The notes beneath the pieces are model-generated. The model saw only the letters and a program-made list of their open reading frames with translations, ran no database searches and had not been told where the DNA came from. This document shows positions 16,980 to 21,123 of a stretch of DNA of 21,123 nt, piece by piece. The first letter of the stretch is position 1. Every line of letters begins with the position of its first letter. This DNA comes from Fibrobacterales bacterium (GTDB taxonomy: Bacteria; Fibrobacterota; Fibrobacteria; Fibrobacterales; JAOPTW01), in assembly GCA_051532035.1 (NCBI GenBank), contig JAOPTW010000087.1, positions 1 through 21,123 of the forward strand. The letters run 5' to 3'. Both the position numbers and the translations under genes were made by a program.

Positions 16980-17574
16980 AATCCTTCTCCTGTTTTGCGG
17001 GCGGCTGCCCATTAAAAATCATTTTTGGTGGAGTCACAACCCAAATTGCTTTGAGGGTCTCATCACCATCATTCATTAGTATATGAGGGACACTCGCCGA
17101 AAAAGAGATACTATCTCCTTTCTCAAGTTCATAGACTTCGGTGCCGTATTCAAATCGTGCACGCCCCTCAACAATAACTCCAAGCTCATTACCCACATGA
17201 CCATGATCACGCGCCCCTCTACTTGACCCCACTTCTATCTCTAAGTAGTAGGACCCAATATCAAAAGAGAGGTCACTATCACCTATGTTTGAGAGTTGCT
17301 CATAGCGTACACCATTTTTCAATATTCGATGTCGTGAATCAGCTCGCACCACATGTGCTTTTTTCTTATTTCTAAACTCACCGAAAAGATACTCAAAATC
17401 CACATCTAATACATCAGCAAGACTCAAAAGAGTATCTATAGCTGGCGATACTAAGTTTCGTTCTATTTGTGAAACCATACTTTCGGATATAGATACCATT
17501 CGAGCGAGCTCTTTCATTGTGAGCTTCTTATCTTGCCTCACCTTACGTATCTTATCGCCAAAATTATATTTCAC
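16960..17574 (-). CDS. XRE-family HTH + cupin transcriptional regulator
   Basis: HTH_3 pattern (GDKIRKVRQDKKLTMKELA...SQIERNLVSPAIDTL) plus cupin (HVGNELGVIVEG...GDSISFSASVPH); GTG start; overlaps the leuC start by 20 nt. Confidence 0.9.
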   Translation of the reverse strand: MKYNFGDKIRKVRQDKKLTMKELARMVSISESMVSQIERNLVSPAIDTLLSLADVLDVDFEYLFGEFRNKKKAHVVRADSRHRILKNGVRYEQLSNIGDSDLSFDIGSYYLEIEVGSSRGARDHGHVGNELGVIVEGRARFEYGTEVYELEKGDSISFSASVPHILMNDGDETLKAIWVVTPPKMIFNGQPPAKQEKDYGKDHN

Positions 17575-17584
17575 AGTACAAAAC

Positions 17585-17620
17585 TTTAGTATTACTTAAT
17601 TTTATTTAGTATAACTTAAT
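17585..17620. promoter_or_regulatory. Tandem operator-like repeats upstream of the XRE regulator
   Basis: TTTAGTATTACTTAAT (17585-17600) and TTTAGTATAACTTAAT (17605-17620) are 15/16 identical with a 20-bp period; each is an imperfect AGTA-n-TACT palindrome. Confidence 0.55.
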
Positions 17621-17701
17621 ATTTTTACATTCAATTGGCAAGAGGTATCCCCTATCAACCTTACTCATGCCTGATTTCAGGCACTTATTTATCACGATAC
17701 A

Positions 17702-17782
17702 TACGACAAATTTGTCTCCCCCGCGCAAGACTTCTACAATAATGTGAAAACAATATGGTATAATTGCAACATTTTTGTTGTA
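17702..17782. promoter_or_regulatory. Three putative enhancer-binding-protein sites (UAS) for amt-glnK operon 2
   Basis: TACGACAAATTTGTCTCC (17702-17719), TTCTACAATAATGTGAAA (17732-17749) and TGCAACATTTTTGTTGTA (17765-17782) all have an ACA-W4-TGT core; spacings are 30 and 33 bp. Confidence 0.6.
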
Positions 17783-17819
17783 GAATCTCATTTTTATGGT
17801 AAAATCAACGATATTGAGT

Positions 17820-17835
17820 TGGCACAAGATTTGCA
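17820..17835 (+). promoter_or_regulatory. Sigma54 (-24/-12) promoter of amt-glnK operon 2
   Basis: TGGCACAAGATTTGCA is a near-perfect match to TGGCACRNNNNTTGCW. Confidence 0.9.
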
Positions 17836-17871
17836 GTTATGTGCAATAAACAAAAAAATAAGAAGGTTATA

Positions 17872-19167
17872 ATGAATAAAATTTTATTCGCTTTGACAAT
17901 ACTTCTCGCCGGTGCAGGCAGTGCATTTGCAGGAGAACAACCGGCAGTAGATACCGGTACCACAGCATGGATGATGATATGTAATGCACTTGTCCTCCTT
18001 ATGATACCAGGACTCGCAATGTTTTATGGCGGCCTTGTACGCACCAAAAACGTTCTGGGCACCATGATGCAGTCATTTATGGCCATGGGTATCATTGGTA
18101 CACTGTGGGTTGTATATGGATATGCCCTTGCATTTGGCCCTAATGTTCTTGGCGGATGGATTGGCTGGGAACCGAACTACTTTTTCTTAACCGGAATTGA
18201 TGATACAATCCTTGAAGCCGGTATCCCTGAATATCTTTTTGCTATGTTCCAAGGTAAATTTGCAATTATTACTCCAGCAATCCTTGCTGGCGCTTTTGCT
18301 GAACGTATCAGCTTTAAAGCATATATTGTATTTATTGTAGCATGGTTTACCCTTGTCTACATCCCCCTCTGTCACTGGGTATGGGCGGCTGATGGCTTCC
18401 TTCTTCTTGATGGTGCTATTGACTTTGCAGGCGGTACCGTAGTACACATTTCTGCCGGCATCTCTGGACTTGCTATCGCAATATTCCTAGGAGCCCGTAA
18501 AGGCCTCCACAGAGCCCCTATGAACCCTAATAACCTCGTCATGACTCTTATGGGCGCAGGTCTTCTTTGGGTTGGTTGGTTCGGCTTTAATGCTGGCTCA
18601 GCAGTATCTTCAGGGCTTGATGCAGCTCGTGCACTTACCGTTACACAAACTGCCGCTTCAGCTGGTGCACTCTCTTGGATTATCGTTGAAAAATTTCACA
18701 CCGGAAAAGGAACATCGCTTGGTATCGTATCGGGTATCTTAGCGGGCCTTGTAGCCATTACTCCTGCCGCTGGTGTGGTTCAACCTGTTGGCGCATTGGT
18801 ACTTGGTTTTGTATCTTCAATTGTGTGCTACGGCGCAATTCAATTGAAAGAGAAACTTGGATATGACGATACTCTTGATGCTTTTGGTATCCACGGAACA
18901 GGTGGTATCGTTGGTGCAGTTCTACTCGTTTTCTTTATTCGTGATAGCTGGTGGGCAGATTCAGCAGGCGCAACAATGGGGAGTCAGCTCTGGATTCAAA
19001 TTTTTGCAATTCTCGTAACTATTGTATACGCAGTTGCTCTCTCACTTATCATTGCTGTAATAATCAAAAAGACTATTGGTTTTAGACTTACAGACGAAGA
19101 CGAACTTAAAGGTATGGACAAAACTCAACACGCTGAACACGGTTACGGCTTTTTGGATGTTGAATAA
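17872..19167 (+). CDS. amtB: Ammonium transporter AmtB-type with signal peptide
   Basis: Signal peptide MNKILF...SAFA, DTGTTAW, LMIPGLAMFYGG, DFAGGTVVH, LWVGWFGFNAGS and YDDTLDAFGIHG. The start is moved to 17872 because ATG 17839 lies upstream of the predicted sigma54 transcription start and 17872 has an AAGAAGG RBS. Confidence 0.95.
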   Translation: MNKILFALTILLAGAGSAFAGEQPAVDTGTTAWMMICNALVLLMIPGLAMFYGGLVRTKNVLGTMMQSFMAMGIIGTLWVVYGYALAFGPNVLGGWIGWEPNYFFLTGIDDTILEAGIPEYLFAMFQGKFAIITPAILAGAFAERISFKAYIVFIVAWFTLVYIPLCHWVWAADGFLLLDGAIDFAGGTVVHISAGISGLAIAIFLGARKGLHRAPMNPNNLVMTLMGAGLLWVGWFGFNAGSAVSSGLDAARALTVTQTAASAGALSWIIVEKFHTGKGTSLGIVSGILAGLVAITPAAGVVQPVGALVLGFVSSIVCYGAIQLKEKLGYDDTLDAFGIHGTGGIVGAVLLVFFIRDSWWADSAGATMGSQLWIQIFAILVTIVYAVALSLIIAVIIKKTIGFRLTDEDELKGMDKTQHAEHGYGFLDVE

Positions 19168-19183
19168 TTAAAGGAGAATGAAA

Positions 19184-19525
19184 ATGAAATTAGTTACAGC
19201 AGTTATTCAACCAGACAAACTTACCGACGTTAAAGACGCACTCTTTGCAGCGGGTATCAAAAAAATGACCGTATCATCAGTACAAGGATGCGGTCAACAA
19301 GCAGGATACGATGAAACCTATCGTGGAACCATCGTGCACGTCAACCTTCTCAAGAAGACAAAAGTCGAAGTTGCAGTAAATGCAGACTTTCTTGAGGCAA
19401 CAATAGAAGCAATTATCAAAGGTGCCCGTACCGGTGCTATTGGTGATGGTAAAATCTTTGTTCGTGATCTTGATGAATGTATCAGAATCAGAACAGGAGA
19501 GCGAGGTAACGACGCCGTCGGATAA
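19184..19525 (+). CDS. glnK: P-II nitrogen regulatory protein GlnK
   Basis: [37 protein letters not shown] and [15 protein letters not shown] lies 7 nt before ATG 19184. Confidence 0.95.
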   Translation: MKLVTAVIQPDKLTDVKDALFAAGIKKMTVSSVQGCGQQAGYDETYRGTIVHVNLLKKTKVEVAVNADFLEATIEAIIKGARTGAIGDGKIFVRDLDECIRIRTGERGNDAVG

Positions 19526-19550
19526 CCAATTCTGTATTATATAGTGCTCG

Positions 19551-19580
19551 AGCTCTCTTGATTTTCAAGAGAGCTTTTTT
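19551..19580 (+). terminator. Rho-independent terminator of amtB-glnK
   Basis: AGCTCTCTTGA-ttt-TCAAGAGAGCT followed by TTTTT. Confidence 0.9.
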
Positions 19581-19655
19581 ATTTCTCGAAATACATTATT
19601 TTTAATACAAGACCCTTTAACCAGATTCACAATTAATAGACAATAAGGAACACCC

Positions 19656-20102
19656 ATGCCTACTTTTAGTTCATCAATATATATTGACGCTCCACTACAC
19701 TCTGTCTGGAGTATCCTTACCAATCCTGCTGCCTATAAAGATTGGAATCAGCTTTTTAGTACCTCTCATACCGAGCTTCTTGAACCAACCTCTGAGTTAC
19801 ATGTGGACATCCCTCTCTCACCCATCGAAAACCCAGCCTCTGTATCGGTAACAGTTTTTGAAAAATGGAAGGCTCTAAGTTTATCGACTACGGAATCCGA
19901 CGCCCCCTTATACACCCTTGAAGCGACCCTCCAAAAAGTAAATGATAATCAGATGAGGTTTGTAATGACCATAGACATTCAACCGGCCATAGAATCAAAA
20001 CTCATTGACTCTGACAAAGAAACATATCAGGAAACCCTCAGAGCAACATTATTGACACTACAAGATCGCGCAGAACTCTTTATTGGATGTGTCGGGAGCT
20101 AA
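19656..20102 (+). CDS. SRPBCC/START-like (polyketide cyclase/dehydrase) domain protein
   Basis: N-terminal signature SSIYIDAPLHSVWSILTNPAAYKDWN and a C-terminal amphipathic helix ending LQDRAE; AAGGA RBS. Confidence 0.75.
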   Translation: MPTFSSSIYIDAPLHSVWSILTNPAAYKDWNQLFSTSHTELLEPTSELHVDIPLSPIENPASVSVTVFEKWKALSLSTTESDAPLYTLEATLQKVNDNQMRFVMTIDIQPAIESKLIDSDKETYQETLRATLLTLQDRAELFIGCVGS

Positions 20103-20149
20103 CACTCTATAATACAAAGACCTCAGGACTCAACCACAATCCTTGTCTA

Positions 20150-20539
20150 CTACTCAGAAAAAAGCAACTCAAGCAATTCAGTGTGAGGCCTTGGCCTCCC
20201 ATTCACTAAACTCGTTCCCGTCATTTGCGCCTTTAACACAGGCGTATCATCACCCTCTTTATAGATCTCTTGATGAAAGATAAACTTGAGTCGTCCCACC
20301 TTTTCGAGTCGTAAGGTAACAGAGAAGTGATCGCCAGGTTTCAGAGATTTTTTATACTCAATCTCTGCCTTAATCAATACAAGATCGACACCTTTTTCAT
20401 GATACTCAGCAAAATCAATTCCTTTACTTTGAAGAAACTCATGCCGTGTGTGCTCAAGGTAGTTTTGATAGGTGGCATTGTTGACGATGCCCTGAAGGTC
20501 GCATTCGTAGTCACGTACTTTAAAATCTACTGAAAACAT
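20150..20539 (-). CDS. Acyl-CoA thioesterase, YbgC/FadM (4HBT hot-dog) family
   Basis: VRDYECDLQGIVNNATYQNYLEHTR motif and IEYKKSLKPGD. Confidence 0.9.
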   Translation of the reverse strand: MFSVDFKVRDYECDLQGIVNNATYQNYLEHTRHEFLQSKGIDFAEYHEKGVDLVLIKAEIEYKKSLKPGDHFSVTLRLEKVGRLKFIFHQEIYKEGDDTPVLKAQMTGTSLVNGRPRPHTELLELLFSE

Positions 20540-20554
20540 ATGTAGTACATTCCT

Positions 20555-21121
20555 TTATAAACAAGCCGGATGGGTACAGACACTTCCCATCTCTTTTAGA
20601 TCAATTATGGAATCCAGTGCGACACCAGAGCCTACCGTAAAAGGCCTATATTTATCACCACTTCTAAATTCCTGAATATAATTTTTATCATCATTCCACA
20701 ATCTAACTGCAGACACCCCGAGTCTCATTTTCATTACCTCAATAGGTAAAGCCGTATCCAAAACTGTCTCAATATTAAAATAAAATGTTTTGATGGGGAG
20801 GCCAGACCCTTCATCAACCCCTTCTATTACTGAATCTAAAGGAGCGACCTCTTTAACCCCAAAAGGACTGTCAATATAAAGCAACATCTCCCCCCCAGTA
20901 ATTTTAATTAACTCGTCATTACTACAAAACAAACATTCCCGATTCATTATCTTAGAATCCGTGGAGTAGTCAACAAAAGTTACCACTCCATCAATTAACT
21001 TTTCATGAGTATTATAATTCCTTACAAGGTCAGCACGCAATACCTCTGCACAAAGAATTTCTTGTTCGGTAACACACTTATTCGTCACTCCATTCTCACA
21101 AGACATATCCATAGCAATCCC
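20555..21121 (-). CDS. Hypothetical protein, probably 5'-truncated by the window edge
   Basis: The frame stays open upstream of ATG 21112 to the window end; several Cys residues; no recognisable family. Confidence 0.65.
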   Translation of the reverse strand, partial: GIAMDMSCENGVTNKCVTEQEILCAEVLRADLVRNYNTHEKLIDGVVTFVDYSTDSKIMNRECLFCSNDELIKITGGEMLLYIDSPFGVKEVAPLDSVIEGVDEGSGLPIKTFYFNIETVLDTALPIEVMKMRLGVSAVRLWNDDKNYIQEFRSGDKYRPFTVGSGVALDSIIDLKEMGSVCTHPACL

Positions 21122-21123
21122 CA

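Noticed and set aside
16980..17012. Longer N-terminus for LeuC (MGSRPQ...)
   Set aside because: ATG 16979 has a strong SD and gives the family-typical MGKTITEK start.
17803..17816. IHF-like site AATCAACGATATTG next to the sigma54 promoter
   Set aside because: Spacing is one base off WATCAANNNNTTR and it abuts the -24 box; too weak to call.
17606..17827. 73-aa ORF between the XRE gene and amtB
   Set aside because: It lies across an AT-rich regulatory region containing the operators, enhancer sites and sigma54 box; no recognisable motif.
17839..17871. Longer N-terminus for AmtB (MCNKQ...)
   Set aside because: The ATG is only a few nt after the -12 box, upstream of the expected transcription start; ATG 17872 has an RBS and yields a proper signal peptide.
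1..21123. CRISPR arrays, tRNA/rRNA genes, IS elements, riboswitches
   Set aside because: All intergenic gaps are under about 300 nt and are explained by promoters or terminators; I saw no spaced repeats, cloverleaf or transposase.

Overview
This 21.1-kb window is bacterial chromosome of roughly 40% GC (estimated by eye), with no mobile element, CRISPR array or RNA gene that I can support. Left to right it holds: the 3' part of metG with an EMAP-II-like C-terminal extension; an exported/membrane hypothetical; a TrmH/SpoU methyltransferase overlapping an HrpA DEAH helicase; and a convergent membrane-anchored ankyrin protein. Next come three paralogous pseudo-receiver/HDOD proteins and two outward-facing amt-glnK operons from different Amt subfamilies. 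Each amt-glnK operon has a clear sigma54 -24/-12 promoter and copies of a shared ACA-W4-TGT palindrome at about 31-bp spacing. An XRE-cupin regulator/leuC-like/leuD-like operon, a zinc-ribbon membrane protein, an SRPBCC protein, a hot-dog thioesterase and a partial hypothetical complete the window. The best find is a 59-aa gene missed by the ORF track (14467-14646, minus strand). It encodes only the glycyl-radical loop of a class III ribonucleotide reductase (EVWTRVMGYHRPV..FN.GK..E..ER), has its own RBS and terminator, and is preceded by two NrdR-box-like sites 31 bp apart. No nrdD or nrdG lies in the window. All assignments come from motif recognition by eye; no database search was run.
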